A DNA stretch of 64,000 nt, taken from contig CBDCDA010000001.1 of assembly GCA_965215335.1 (NCBI GenBank), positions 512,001-576,000 on the forward strand. The letters are read 5' to 3'. The position numbers were made by a program, and so were the translations under genes. This document shows, in pieces, positions 1 through 9,401 of this stretch (positions within the stretch are counted from its first letter, which is position 1; each line of letters begins with the position of its first letter). The notes below the pieces were generated by a model. The model had not been told where the DNA came from, searched no databases, and saw only the letters and a list, made by a program, of their open reading frames with translations. The DNA is from an uncultured Candidatus Entotheonella sp. GTDB lineage: Bacteria; Tectomicrobia; Entotheonellia; Entotheonellales; Entotheonellaceae.

Positions 1-341
1 AACTCGATGACCAGATAGAGCACGTAAAAGCCGAAAAGGGAAAACACGAAGCTCGTCAGGTGGACATCCGTGAACTTGATCAACAGGAAAAGAATCATGC
101 CAACAACGAGCAACCTCACGATCATGCCGCCCAGGAACGCCTGCATGAACGGCATCAAGCCTTGACGGTCGGCTTTGCTGAGGGTGTAAAACTCGTAAAT
201 GAAGCACAGGGCGGAGGGCAGGCACCCGATTGCGGCCCACCACAGCACCTCCGGGGTGGTGAAGACGTACAGCAACGGCGCCAGAAGGAGCCAGACCAGC
301 ACCGTTGCCAGACCGGCAACCTTCAGAAAACTGTTGAACAT
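1..341 (-). CDS. Small 4-TM membrane protein, probably AtpI-like (ATP synthase protein I); runs off the window edge
   Basis: Not in the ORF track (no stop in window). Manual translation from ATG 341: MFNSFLKVAGLATVLVWLLLAPLLYVF...FMQAFLGGMIVRLLVVGMILFLLIKFTDVHLTSFVFSLFGFYVLYLVIE. Hydrophobic pattern and GGMxxRL motif resemble AtpI-like proteins that precede atpB. Confidence 0.55.
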   Translation of the reverse strand, partial: MFNSFLKVAGLATVLVWLLLAPLLYVFTTPEVLWWAAIGCLPSALCFIYEFYTLSKADRQGLMPFMQAFLGGMIVRLLVVGMILFLLIKFTDVHLTSFVFSLFGFYVLYLVIE

Positions 342-561
342 GCGTGAGGCTCATGAAAAAAACGAAGACCGCGATGGCGTTGCCACCGCTCTGGGGAAGG
401 TCGTGTAGAGGGCCTTTCGTCCCAGCACGGGCATGATGGTAGCACAACGCCGTTCCGACTCACAAGGAGCCGCGTCGCGGTTGTGCTGTCAGAACCATCT
501 GGACTATACTTGCGTCCCGCAGGCAACCTGCAAAGCGGTGCGAAGAGGGGGCTGGGGACCT

Positions 562-861
562 ATGGATCTCGATCAATTGCGCCTGCGTCTCGATGCCATC
601 GACGACCAGGTTCTCGCGTTGCTTTCGGATCGCGCCGGAGCGGTTCTGGCCATCGGTGACCACAAGCGTCAGCATGGTCTCCCCATTCATGTGCCGGAGC
701 GTGAAAACGACGTTGTCAGACGCCTGCAGACGGACAACCCCGGGCCGCTGCGCGGTGATGCGATTGAACGCATTTACCGCACGATCATCGAGGAAATGCG
801 CAAGCTTGAAGAAGAGCACGTTGGACGTGCAGGCGGGACCGGCAAGATCAGGACGACTTGA
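562..861 (+). CDS. Stand-alone chorismate mutase (AroQ type)
   Basis: MDLDQLRLRLDAIDDQVLALLSDRA...IGDHK...PERE AroQ pattern; ATG 562 preferred over the ORF-track start 433. Confidence 0.85.
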   Translation: MDLDQLRLRLDAIDDQVLALLSDRAGAVLAIGDHKRQHGLPIHVPERENDVVRRLQTDNPGPLRGDAIERIYRTIIEEMRKLEEEHVGRAGGTGKIRTT

Positions 862-882
862 GACGAAGGGGAGGGGCGGACC

Positions 883-1284
883 GTGTCCAAACAACACGTC
901 AAGCTGGCAATCGGAGCAGCCATTATCGTGGCGTCGATAGTGTATCTGATGTTTTCCGGTGCGACGGGAAGCACGATGTATTACATGACGGTTCCCGAAC
1001 TGCACCAGCAGGCCCTCGCCCTGCAGGGCGAGGCTGTCCGGGTGTCGGGGAAAGTAACGGCGGCTCCGATTCAGTGGGACGTGCGCAACTTGCAGCTCAC
1101 CTTCACGATGGGAGAAGGGGAGGCAAGCGTGCCCGTGTCGTACAAGGGCGTCAAGCCGGACATGTTTAAGACAGGCGCAGACGTTATCGTTGAAGGACAG
1201 ATCGGTCAGGACGGCACCCTGATTGCTTCACATCTGATGACCAGTTGTCCGTCCAAGTACGAAGAAGAAAAACCCACGTCATGA
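883..1284 (+). CDS. ccmE: Cytochrome c maturation heme chaperone CcmE, CxxxY variant
   Basis: N-terminal TM, VRVSGKV, PDMFKTGADVIVEG, C-terminal CPSKY. Confidence 0.92.
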   Translation: MSKQHVKLAIGAAIIVASIVYLMFSGATGSTMYYMTVPELHQQALALQGEAVRVSGKVTAAPIQWDVRNLQLTFTMGEGEASVPVSYKGVKPDMFKTGADVIVEGQIGQDGTLIASHLMTSCPSKYEEEKPTS

Positions 1285-1322
1285 TGCCGGTGGAACCTGT
1301 CGATGAAGCATGAGGACCGGTA

Positions 1323-3317
1323 ATGAACGATGTCGGCGGCGCAGCTTTGCAATTCGCTTTTGTGGCAGCCCTCTACGCCATTGCAACAGCCTTGATCGGG
1401 GCCCGAACCGGCCGGCAGGAGATGATCCGCAGCGCTGAGCGGGCGACGTTCGGTGTTTTCGCCCTGGTTTCCGTTGCGATGCTGGCGCTGATTTTCGCCT
1501 TGCTGACCCACGACTTCCGCCTCCAGTACGTCGCCAGCGTTTCCAACCTTTCCATGCCCATCTTCTACCTCATTGCCTCCCTGTGGGGTGGGCAAGAGGG
1601 CTCCATGCTGTTGTGGTTGTGGATTCTGACCCTGTACAGCGCCATTGCCGTGGCGCAGAATCTGCACCGTAACCGGGAACTGATGCCCTATGTGGTTCCC
1701 ACCCTCATGGCAACGTCGATCCTGTTTCTGGCCATCCTCATCTTCGCCGAACATCCCTTCCACGAATTGCCGCAGGCGCCCCTCGACGGCCAAGGGCTGA
1801 ATCCGCTGCTGCAAAACCCCCTGATGGTGATCCATCCGCCCAATCTCTATTTGGGTTTTGTCGGGTTTGCCGTGCCGTTCAGCTTCGGCATCGGCGCCCT
1901 GGCGAGCGGCCGCCTGGACAGCCAGTGGGTACGCAGCATCAGGCGCTGGACCCTCATCCCCTGGCTATTCCTGACGGTCGGCATTCTGCTGGGCGGACAG
2001 TGGGCTTACGTGGAATTGGGGTGGGGCGGCTATTGGGCGTGGGACCCGGTCGAGAATGCCTCGCTGCTGCCGTGGCTCACCGCAACCGCCTTCCTCCACT
2101 CGGTGATGATCCAGGAAAAAAAGGGCATGTTGAAGGTATGGAACATGTCGCTTGTCATCCTGACGTATGGACTGTCGATTTTTGGCACGTTTCTGACACG
2201 CAGCGGCGTCATTTCCTCCGTCCATGCGTTTGCCGAATCGTCCCTGGGCGTGTATTTCCTGCTCTATCTGGCGATTGCGCTGACGATTGCCGTGGCCTTG
2301 CTGGTGTGGCGTCTTCCGCAGTTGCGCAGCGATCATCGTTTGGAGTCAGTCCTGTCGCGCGAAAGCAGCTTTTTGTTCAACAACCTGTTCCTCGTCGGCA
2401 TCATGTTCTCGGTACTTTGGGGCACCATGTTTCCGATCATTTCGGAGGCGGTCCGTGGCGTCAAGATCAGCGTTGCCGCACCATTCTTCAATCAGGTCAA
2501 CGTGCCCTTGGGCCTCGCTCTGCTTCTCCTGTCGGGGGTGTGTCCGCTGATTGCATGGCGCAAGGGCAGCGTCCGCAACTTCCAGCGCAACTTCCTCAAT
2601 CCGCTCGTCGTGTCCCTCCTCGGCGTGGCCGTTCTTTACGGCAGCGGCATTCGACACGCGGTCGCCTTGATTTCCCTGTCCGTCTGCCTGTTCACCTTTT
2701 CAACGATCGTGCTGGAATTTTATCGCGGCACGCGGGCGCGCCGCGCATCGACCGGGGGAACCACCTGGCAGGCGCTACGCTCCCTGATGACCCGGAATCG
2801 GCGCCGTTACGGGGGCTACATCATTCATTTTGGCGTGGTTCTGATCTTCGTGGGGGTCACCGGTTCCTCAGCCTACAAGATCGAACGCGACATTGTTCTG
2901 GACCCCATGGAGCGGACGACGGTGGGGGACTTTACGCTGCGATACGAAACGCTCGAGAGTGCCCTGCAGCCGACACATGAGTCGACACGGGCCAGGGTGG
3001 AGGTGAGCCGGAACGGACGGCGTCTGACCACGTTATTCCCGGAGAGACGTTTTTACTTCGCCCAGAATCAGCCGACAACGGAAGTTGCTCTGCGGACGTC
3101 GCTGCTCGAAGACCTCTACATCATCCTGGCGGGTTTCGAGCCGTCAGGCACCGCCACCTTCAAGGTATTCGTCAATCCCCTGGTGGCGTGGCTGTGGCTG
3201 GGCGGCCTCGTGATGATTATCGGCACGCTCATTGCCGTCTGGCCCGAACGCGGGCGCCACGCGAGGATTCCCGCCCGTGGGACGCCAACGGTCGGGGCAG
3301 TCCCGGAACAGGGGTAA
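1323..3317 (+). CDS. ccmF: Heme lyase CcmF
   Basis: WGGQEGSMLLW, LNPLLQ, HPP, WAYVELGWGGYWAWDPVEN, GTFLTRSG..SVHAF. Confidence 0.97.
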   Translation: MNDVGGAALQFAFVAALYAIATALIGARTGRQEMIRSAERATFGVFALVSVAMLALIFALLTHDFRLQYVASVSNLSMPIFYLIASLWGGQEGSMLLWLWILTLYSAIAVAQNLHRNRELMPYVVPTLMATSILFLAILIFAEHPFHELPQAPLDGQGLNPLLQNPLMVIHPPNLYLGFVGFAVPFSFGIGALASGRLDSQWVRSIRRWTLIPWLFLTVGILLGGQWAYVELGWGGYWAWDPVENASLLPWLTATAFLHSVMIQEKKGMLKVWNMSLVILTYGLSIFGTFLTRSGVISSVHAFAESSLGVYFLLYLAIALTIAVALLVWRLPQLRSDHRLESVLSRESSFLFNNLFLVGIMFSVLWGTMFPIISEAVRGVKISVAAPFFNQVNVPLGLALLLLSGVCPLIAWRKGSVRNFQRNFLNPLVVSLLGVAVLYGSGIRHAVALISLSVCLFTFSTIVLEFYRGTRARRASTGGTTWQALRSLMTRNRRRYGGYIIHFGVVLIFVGVTGSSAYKIERDIVLDPMERTTVGDFTLRYETLESALQPTHESTRARVEVSRNGRRLTTLFPERRFYFAQNQPTTEVALRTSLLEDLYIILAGFEPSGTATFKVFVNPLVAWLWLGGLVMIIGTLIAVWPERGRHARIPARGTPTVGAVPEQG

Positions 3318-3323
3318 GGCGTC

Positions 3324-3773
3324 ATGAACACGACCGATATCGTTGTCATCGTCGCCATGGCCATTGGGCTGGTCGTCTGGGTCGGGGAACCTCTCGTCCG
3401 TCGCGGTCGCATGCGGGAAGCTGTTGCGGATGCCCAAGGTGATGCCATTGAGCGCCTGACGCTGCAAAAGGAAACCCTGTACACGGCCATTCGAGACCTG
3501 GATTTTGATCATCAGACCGGCAAGGTGGACGCCGAAGACCACGCCGTGTTGCGGCGCCAGATGGAGGCAGAGGCCGCGGATATCCTGCGGCAATTGGACC
3601 TGGCTGATCCGTTGGCTGACCTCGATCTCCTTGCGGAACAAGAAATTCTGGCGTATCGCCAACAAGAGGACGCCGCTTCCGAGGCTACGTGCCCGGCTTG
3701 CGGGACTGGATTGGCGGCAGCCGACCCGACCTATTGTTCCATCTGTGGCCAGCTACTGAAGCCAGCCGTATAG
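3324..3773 (+). CDS. Membrane-anchored protein with CcmI-N-terminal-like helical motif and C-terminal zinc ribbon
   Basis: N-terminal TM; LYTAIRDLDFDHQTGKV; CPACG...CSICG; located inside the ccm operon. Confidence 0.75.
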   Translation: MNTTDIVVIVAMAIGLVVWVGEPLVRRGRMREAVADAQGDAIERLTLQKETLYTAIRDLDFDHQTGKVDAEDHAVLRRQMEAEAADILRQLDLADPLADLDLLAEQEILAYRQQEDAASEATCPACGTGLAAADPTYCSICGQLLKPAV

Positions 3774-3776
3774 GAC

Positions 3777-5075
3777 ATGATGCCGCGCTCCAGACCCTGC
3801 CGCTCGGTCCCGCCTTCGCCTTCCCGGTGCCTTCCGATGCCGCACGGCAACATTTCACGGCTCAGGAGCTGCGCCGCTCTCGTGGGCGGCCTGCTGCTGC
3901 TCGGCGCCTTGTCAACCTCGGTCAGGGCAGAGGGGCACGGCAGCATTGGCGGCGTCATTCGATCCGCCGAGGGAGTCGTGGGCGCGCACCGCATCATGCT
4001 CATCCGGTTTGGACCCGACAATGACGTACAGCGCACCCCGGGAGAGACCACCGCTCAGGGCGGGTTTCTGTTCGAAAATCTGCCAACCGACGGGAGCTTC
4101 ACGTACTTCGTCGGTATTCGTTACCAGGAGCAGTTACATCGCAGCGAGCCGATTTCCCTCCAGGATATGCCGCACCGGACCGATCTCGTCATGAACCTGG
4201 ACGACCCGTCCACGCAAGCCTTGCCGACACGGCCTGTTGCCCCGACGTTGCACGTCACCAGTCACCTGATGGTGATCGTCAAGCGCAATGAACGGCTCGA
4301 AGTGCGCGAAATCGTGAAAATCGTCAACCCCGGCACGACGGCGTTCACGGGTCCTGCGAGCCCTGCCTCCGGCAGTCCCCACGGCTCGTTCCAGCTTTCC
4401 CTGCCGCAGGGGTTTTACGACCTGCAAGGGATCGAGGGCGGGCTGGAGCCATCCCAGGTCCAGCAACACGCGACCGGTCTGTTTTACACGGCCCCATTGG
4501 AACCGGGTGAACACAACGTGACGTTCACCTATGCCCTCCCTTTGCAGGGCAGGGTGATGATGATCCTGCCCCGGCGCACCCTGCCGACGGATGTGCTCGA
4601 CGTTCTTGTGGAGGAAGAATTCCTCGCGGCAACCAGTGATTTGTCGTTCGCTGGCCGCGTGCCCGTCGAGCCGCACGTATTCACCCATTTCCGCGGCGTC
4701 GATATGCCGGCGCGGTCGCGCTCCTGGGTACAACTGGCACAACGAGCGACAGCGCTTCCAGCGCTGCGCGTAGGGGCGTATGGCCTCGTCATGGCCCTTT
4801 CGTTGGTGGGCATGGCGGCGCCCTGCGCACGGACGCGGCGTGCCAGGTCAATTGCCCTGCCGCCGCAGGTGCAGGCAACGCCGCAGCAGAGGCACGACTT
4901 GCACGCGGCCGAGCAGTTGTTGCTGCGACGCATCTCGCAGCTTGACAGGCAACGAGAAGCTGGCGCGATTGAGGACGCGGCTTATCATCCGCGCCGACGC
5001 GACTACAAGGCGCAGCTTTGCGGCCTTTTGCACCAACTCCGGCAGGTCGGGGAGTCTCGGGACCAACGTGCCTGA
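3777..5075 (+). CDS. Exported/membrane protein of unknown function in the ccm operon
   Basis: Signal-peptide-like segment, beta-rich periplasmic region, late TM, C-terminal LLRRISQLDRQREAGAIEDAAY. Start uncertain. Confidence 0.7.
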   Translation: MMPRSRPCRSVPPSPSRCLPMPHGNISRLRSCAALVGGLLLLGALSTSVRAEGHGSIGGVIRSAEGVVGAHRIMLIRFGPDNDVQRTPGETTAQGGFLFENLPTDGSFTYFVGIRYQEQLHRSEPISLQDMPHRTDLVMNLDDPSTQALPTRPVAPTLHVTSHLMVIVKRNERLEVREIVKIVNPGTTAFTGPASPASGSPHGSFQLSLPQGFYDLQGIEGGLEPSQVQQHATGLFYTAPLEPGEHNVTFTYALPLQGRVMMILPRRTLPTDVLDVLVEEEFLAATSDLSFAGRVPVEPHVFTHFRGVDMPARSRSWVQLAQRATALPALRVGAYGLVMALSLVGMAAPCARTRRARSIALPPQVQATPQQRHDLHAAEQLLLRRISQLDRQREAGAIEDAAYHPRRRDYKAQLCGLLHQLRQVGESRDQRA

Positions 5076-5805
5076 TCGTGTCCAAGACCCGCCGGAAGAG
5101 CGCCCGTTGATGGTCCGTCTTGACCGCGTCACCAAACGCTTCGGCGCCTCCCTCGCTCTGCAGGGCGTCAATCTGCAGCTTGAGTCCGGCAAATGCCTCG
5201 GCCTTGTTGGCCCGAATGGGGCCGGCAAGACCACCCTGCTGAAAATCCTTTCCACTCTGACGGCCCCTTCTGGCGGCACGGTGACCATCGCAGGCCACGA
5301 TGCGTCGCGCGCTGCGGAACGCATCCGCCCGCTCCTGGGCGTCTTGAGCCACCGCACGTTTCTTTATGGGCACCTGACGGCATCCGAGAACCTTCATTTT
5401 TATGGACGCATGCTGGGGGTCGTGCACCTCGCCGAGCGCATCCGGGAAGTCCTGGAGACCGTCGGGCTGGAAACGCTCACGCACCAGTTGGTTCGGACAT
5501 ACTCGCGCGGCATGCAACAACGTCTGGCCATTGCGCGGGCCATCCTGCACCACCCCGAGCTGCTCCTTCTGGATGAACCATATAACGCCCTCGATCAACA
5601 AGCCGCAGGGCGGTTGCAGGACCTTTTGCGGCAGTTGTGCTCGACAGGACGCACCGTCATCATCAGCACGCATGATTTGCCCCGCGGGTTTGAATTGTGC
5701 GATGAAATCGCCATTCAACGGCGCGGCAAGATCGTGCACCACGTTTCGACGTCGCAAGATACCCTGCACGCCTTTTCGCAACTGTACAGTCATCATGTTG
5801 GTTAA
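5068..5805 (+). CDS. ccmA: Heme exporter ATPase CcmA
   Basis: [27 protein letters not shown] 5068 overlaps the upstream stop (ATG 5110 is an alternative). Confidence 0.9.
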   Translation: MPDRVQDPPEERPLMVRLDRVTKRFGASLALQGVNLQLESGKCLGLVGPNGAGKTTLLKILSTLTAPSGGTVTIAGHDASRAAERIRPLLGVLSHRTFLYGHLTASENLHFYGRMLGVVHLAERIREVLETVGLETLTHQLVRTYSRGMQQRLAIARAILHHPELLLLDEPYNALDQQAAGRLQDLLRQLCSTGRTVIISTHDLPRGFELCDEIAIQRRGKIVHHVSTSQDTLHAFSQLYSHHVG

Positions 5806-6484
5806 CGGTGCCTTCATGCGGCAAGCGGGCGCTATTTTGGGCAAAGACCTGAAGACCGAGTGGCGGGCTCGCGAAGTCCTTACATCCATGTTCGTCTTCA
5901 CGGTGTTGGTCGTGGTGGTATTCCAGTTCACCATTGGCTCCAACCCCGCCCTGATCCGCGAGGTGGCCGCCGGCGTGCTGTGGATCGCGCTCCTGTTCGC
6001 TACCGTGATCGGGTTGCAACGAGCGGTGCAAATGGAAGGCGAGGAGGACTGCCTGCAGGGCGTGTTGTTGGCCGTTCAGGACCGCTCGGCGCTGTTCCTG
6101 GCGAAGGCGTTGGCCAACATGATCTATCTGCTCGTCGTCTCCGGCTGCATCTTGCCCCTCTTCGCGCTCTGGTTCCGTGTCGACCTGACGGCGAGCCTTC
6201 CCGCCCTCGGGGTGACCCTGGTATTGGGAATCGTGGGATTGAGCGTCCTGGGGACATTGTTTTCCCTGATTGTGTTGAACATACGCATGCGGGAGGTCAT
6301 GCTGCCGCTGCTGTTTCTTCCGGTGTCCGTGCCGTTGCTGATCGCCTCCGTGTATGCCACCGGAGACATCATTGACGGCAAGGCATTGGCGGACGTCCGG
6401 GATTACCTTGTCCTGGTCGGCGTCTTTGACGTCGTTTTCCTGGTGCTGGCGCTGCTGATTTTTGATTATGTCGTGGAGGAGTAA
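5795..6484 (+). CDS. ccmB: Heme exporter permease CcmB
   Basis: KDLKTEWR, AGVLWIA, REVMLPLLFLPVSVPLL; about 6 TMs. Confidence 0.92.
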   Translation: MLVNGAFMRQAGAILGKDLKTEWRAREVLTSMFVFTVLVVVVFQFTIGSNPALIREVAAGVLWIALLFATVIGLQRAVQMEGEEDCLQGVLLAVQDRSALFLAKALANMIYLLVVSGCILPLFALWFRVDLTASLPALGVTLVLGIVGLSVLGTLFSLIVLNIRMREVMLPLLFLPVSVPLLIASVYATGDIIDGKALADVRDYLVLVGVFDVVFLVLALLIFDYVVEE

Positions 6485-6488
6485 CACG

Positions 6489-7208
6489 GTGTCCGGTCGA
6501 GAAAAGGACAGGCGCCCGGTCAACGTTTGGCCGGGCTGGTGCGCGGCGCTGACCTACGTGGCGATGGTCGCCGCGCTGTGGTGCATCTTTGTCTATGTCC
6601 CCACGGAAAAGGCGCAAGGCATCGTGCAGCGCATCTTCTATTTCCACGTCTCCTCGGCCCTGACCATGTTTGTAGCGTTCTTCGTGGTCTTTGTCGCCAG
6701 CATCATTTACTTGTGGAAACACGGCGACTGGTGGGATCAGGCGGCGATGGGCGCCGCCGAGCTCGGGGTGCTCTTCTGCACCCTTGTGCTCATGACGGGC
6801 CCGATCTGGGGGCGACCGATCTGGGGCGTATGGTGGACGTGGGATCCGACCCTCACGCTGACCCTGGTGCTGTGGCTGATTTACGTGGCTTATCTCATGC
6901 TGCGGGCGGACGCGACGGATCCGAGGCGAGCCCGGTTTGCGGCGATCCTGGGAATCGTCGGCTTCATCGACGTGCCGCTGATTCGCTGGAGCATCGAAAA
7001 GTGGCGTAACCTCCACCCCGAGCCGGTGGTTGTCCAATCGGGTGGGACAACGGGGCTGCCGCCTGCCATGATGTTGACCTTTCTGGTATCCTCGGCGGCC
7101 TTTCTGCTCCTGTTTGTCTTCCTTCTGCGCCAACGCATGGCCATAGCACGCAGACGATACGAACTTGAAGTCCTGCGCCACAAGGTCGACGAGGCGTTGT
7201 TTGGATAG
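6489..7208 (+). CDS. ccmC: Heme exporter CcmC
   Basis: QRIFYFHV, WGRPIWGVWWTWDP (WWD domain), LHP; GGAGGA upstream of GTG 6489. Confidence 0.93.
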   Translation: MSGREKDRRPVNVWPGWCAALTYVAMVAALWCIFVYVPTEKAQGIVQRIFYFHVSSALTMFVAFFVVFVASIIYLWKHGDWWDQAAMGAAELGVLFCTLVLMTGPIWGRPIWGVWWTWDPTLTLTLVLWLIYVAYLMLRADATDPRRARFAAILGIVGFIDVPLIRWSIEKWRNLHPEPVVVQSGGTTGLPPAMMLTFLVSSAAFLLLFVFLLRQRMAIARRRYELEVLRHKVDEALFG

Positions 7209-7223
7209 GGAAGGGCAGACAGC

Positions 7224-7400
7224 GTGAAGAATTTCTGGTATCTGTTTTCCGCATATACGATCATCTGGACGGTTCTGTGGGCTTACGTCGTTTATCTGTC
7301 GCAGGCCAACCGTGCTCTGAAACAGGATATCGAGGCCCTGCGAGCGCAATTGGAGAACGCAATCGCCGCTGACGATGCCTCCGAAGAGAGCGGCGTATAG
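7224..7400 (+). CDS. ccmD: CcmD (58 aa)
   Basis: Below the ORF-track size cut-off. Manual translation MKNFWYLFSAYTIIWTVLWAYVVYLSQANRALKQDIEALRAQLENAIAADDASEESGV: single TM plus charged tail directly after ccmC. Confidence 0.85.
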   Translation: MKNFWYLFSAYTIIWTVLWAYVVYLSQANRALKQDIEALRAQLENAIAADDASEESGV

Positions 7401-7409
7401 TCGAGTTGG

Positions 7410-9119
7410 GTGACAACCGAGGGAAACGGAAGGGGAACGACCATGATCCGGCAAGCGTTCACGCAGCTTCGACAGGAACAGGAAGACTGGGCCGAGCAGA
7501 CCTTGCGGCCAGCGCTTGAGAAACTTCCCTCTGATGGCCAGCCCACCACGTTATCCGGCATACCCTTGCAGCCGCTGTACAGCCCCGTGGATTTTTCGGA
7601 CGACACCTATCCGGATTCCCTCGGATTCCCTGGTCAAAGTCCCTACACCCGCGGCGTTCAGCCCACCATGTACCGGGGCCGCTTGTGGACGACCCGAATC
7701 TTCTCCGGGTATGGCTCGGCGGCGGAAACCAACAAGCGTTACAAATATCTGCTCGCGCAGGGAAGCGGCGGCCTGAGCGTCGCCTTCGATCTTCCTACGT
7801 TGTATGGCTACGACGCCGACCATCCCATGGCCGCCGGCGAAGTCGGCAAATGCGGCGTCTCGATCTGCTCACTCGCCGACATGGAAGTACTTTTCGACGG
7901 CATCCCCCTGGACCAGATCAGCACGTCCATGACGATTACGTCCACCGCAGCCATTGCCTTGGCCATGTACATCGCGGTTGCCGAAAAACAGGGCGTTTCC
8001 CCTGACAGGCTGCGGGGCACGGTGCAGAACGACATCCTGAAGGAGTACATGGCGCAGAAGGAGTGGATATTTCCGCCGCGCCCGTCGCTGAGGCTGGTGC
8101 GCGACGCCATCGTCCATTGCAGCACCCATCTGCCGGACTGGAATCCGATCAGTATCAGCGGCTATCACATCCGCGAAGCAGGGGCGACGGCCGCCCAGGA
8201 ATTGGCGTTTACGTTATATGCGGGCCTGACCTATGTGCAAGAAGTCATCGAGGCGGGACTCTCAATCGATGACTTTGCGCCGCGGTTATCCTTTTTCTTC
8301 GACATTCATAGTGACTTTTTTGAAGAGATCGCCAAACTGCGAGCCGCCCGCCGCATTTGGGCACGGGAGATCGAGCGGCGTTATCACCCGCAGAATCCCC
8401 GCTCGATGCTTCTGCGTACCCATGCACAGACCGCCGGCGTTTCGCTCTCTGCGCAGCAGCCGTACAACAACGTGGCCCGCGTAGCGCTTCAGGCACTGGC
8501 CGCCGTGCTGGGGGGGACCCAGTCGTTACACACGAACGCCCTGGATGAGGCCCTCGCCCTGCCAACGGAAGAAACCGCCCGCATCGCTCTCCGTACGCAG
8601 CAGATCCTCGCTCACGAGTCGGGCGCCGGCCAGTCGGTCGATCCCCTTGGCGGATCGTATTTCCTCGAGACGCTGACCGATGACCTGGAACACGTTACTT
8701 ACGTGTATTTCCGGGAACTCGACAACCTGCAGGGTATGGTGCGAGCGATTGAACTCGGCTACCCGCAGCGAGAAATCAGTCACGCGGCCTATCGATACCA
8801 GCAGCAGGTGGAGAACGGGGAGGAATCGTTGGTGGGCGTCAATACGTATGCCGACGCTGACGACGTACCTTTGGAACTCCTTCAAATCAGCACCCAAAGC
8901 GAGCAGGCCCAGGTCGAGCGGCTACGGCAATTCCGTCAACGACGCGATCAGGACCTGATCAAGGAAAAACTGAACGCGCTGCGGGACGTTGCAGGCACCG
9001 ATGAAAACGTCTTTCCACCTATTTTGGAAGCGGTCAGAGCCTATGGCACCGTCGGGGAGATCTCAGATGTCTTGCGAGACGTGTGGGGCATCTATGAGGA
9101 GCCGGAGGAGCTTTTGTGA
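7410..9119 (+). CDS. B12-dependent acyl-CoA mutase, large (substrate-binding) subunit; isobutyryl-CoA-mutase-like
   Basis: PYTRG, LSVAFDLPT, QNDILKEY, ISISGYHIREAG, QSLHTN; no C-terminal DxHxxG B12-binding domain. Confidence 0.9.
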   Translation: MTTEGNGRGTTMIRQAFTQLRQEQEDWAEQTLRPALEKLPSDGQPTTLSGIPLQPLYSPVDFSDDTYPDSLGFPGQSPYTRGVQPTMYRGRLWTTRIFSGYGSAAETNKRYKYLLAQGSGGLSVAFDLPTLYGYDADHPMAAGEVGKCGVSICSLADMEVLFDGIPLDQISTSMTITSTAAIALAMYIAVAEKQGVSPDRLRGTVQNDILKEYMAQKEWIFPPRPSLRLVRDAIVHCSTHLPDWNPISISGYHIREAGATAAQELAFTLYAGLTYVQEVIEAGLSIDDFAPRLSFFFDIHSDFFEEIAKLRAARRIWAREIERRYHPQNPRSMLLRTHAQTAGVSLSAQQPYNNVARVALQALAAVLGGTQSLHTNALDEALALPTEETARIALRTQQILAHESGAGQSVDPLGGSYFLETLTDDLEHVTYVYFRELDNLQGMVRAIELGYPQREISHAAYRYQQQVENGEESLVGVNTYADADDVPLELLQISTQSEQAQVERLRQFRQRRDQDLIKEKLNALRDVAGTDENVFPPILEAVRAYGTVGEISDVLRDVWGIYEEPEELL

Positions 9120-9188
9120 CAAGACCGGCAGGCTGATTATCACCCAGCTCATGATCGTCGCCTTTCGGTAGCCGAAGAGCTCCCTGAG

Positions 9189-9217
9189 TTGACGTTGGCC
9201 GGCTGGCGGACTATAGT
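9189..9217 (+). promoter_or_regulatory. Sigma70-type promoter for tRNA-Met/tilS
   Basis: TTGACG-N17-TATAGT, 40 bp upstream of the tRNA. Confidence 0.7.
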
Positions 9218-9257
9218 TTCGGCGGCTTTCCCCATCCTTTGTCCTCAGCCTTTTTCC

Positions 9258-9331
9258 GGCGGTGTAGCTCAGCTGGTCAGAGCATGCGGCTCATATCCGC
9301 AGTGTCCGGGGTTCAAGTCCCTGCACCGCCA
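9258..9331 (+). tRNA. tRNA with CAT anticodon, most likely elongator tRNA-Met
   Basis: Acceptor stem GGCGGTG/CACCGCC, anticodon arm TGCGG-CTCATAT-CCGCA, GTTCAAGTC T-loop; no encoded CCA. Confidence 0.9.
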
Positions 9332-9401
9332 TCCTCCCATTTCGACTCTTCCTCACGCCGGCGCCGGACGCCACGGATAGGCACGAATTGTCGAGGCAGC
9401 T

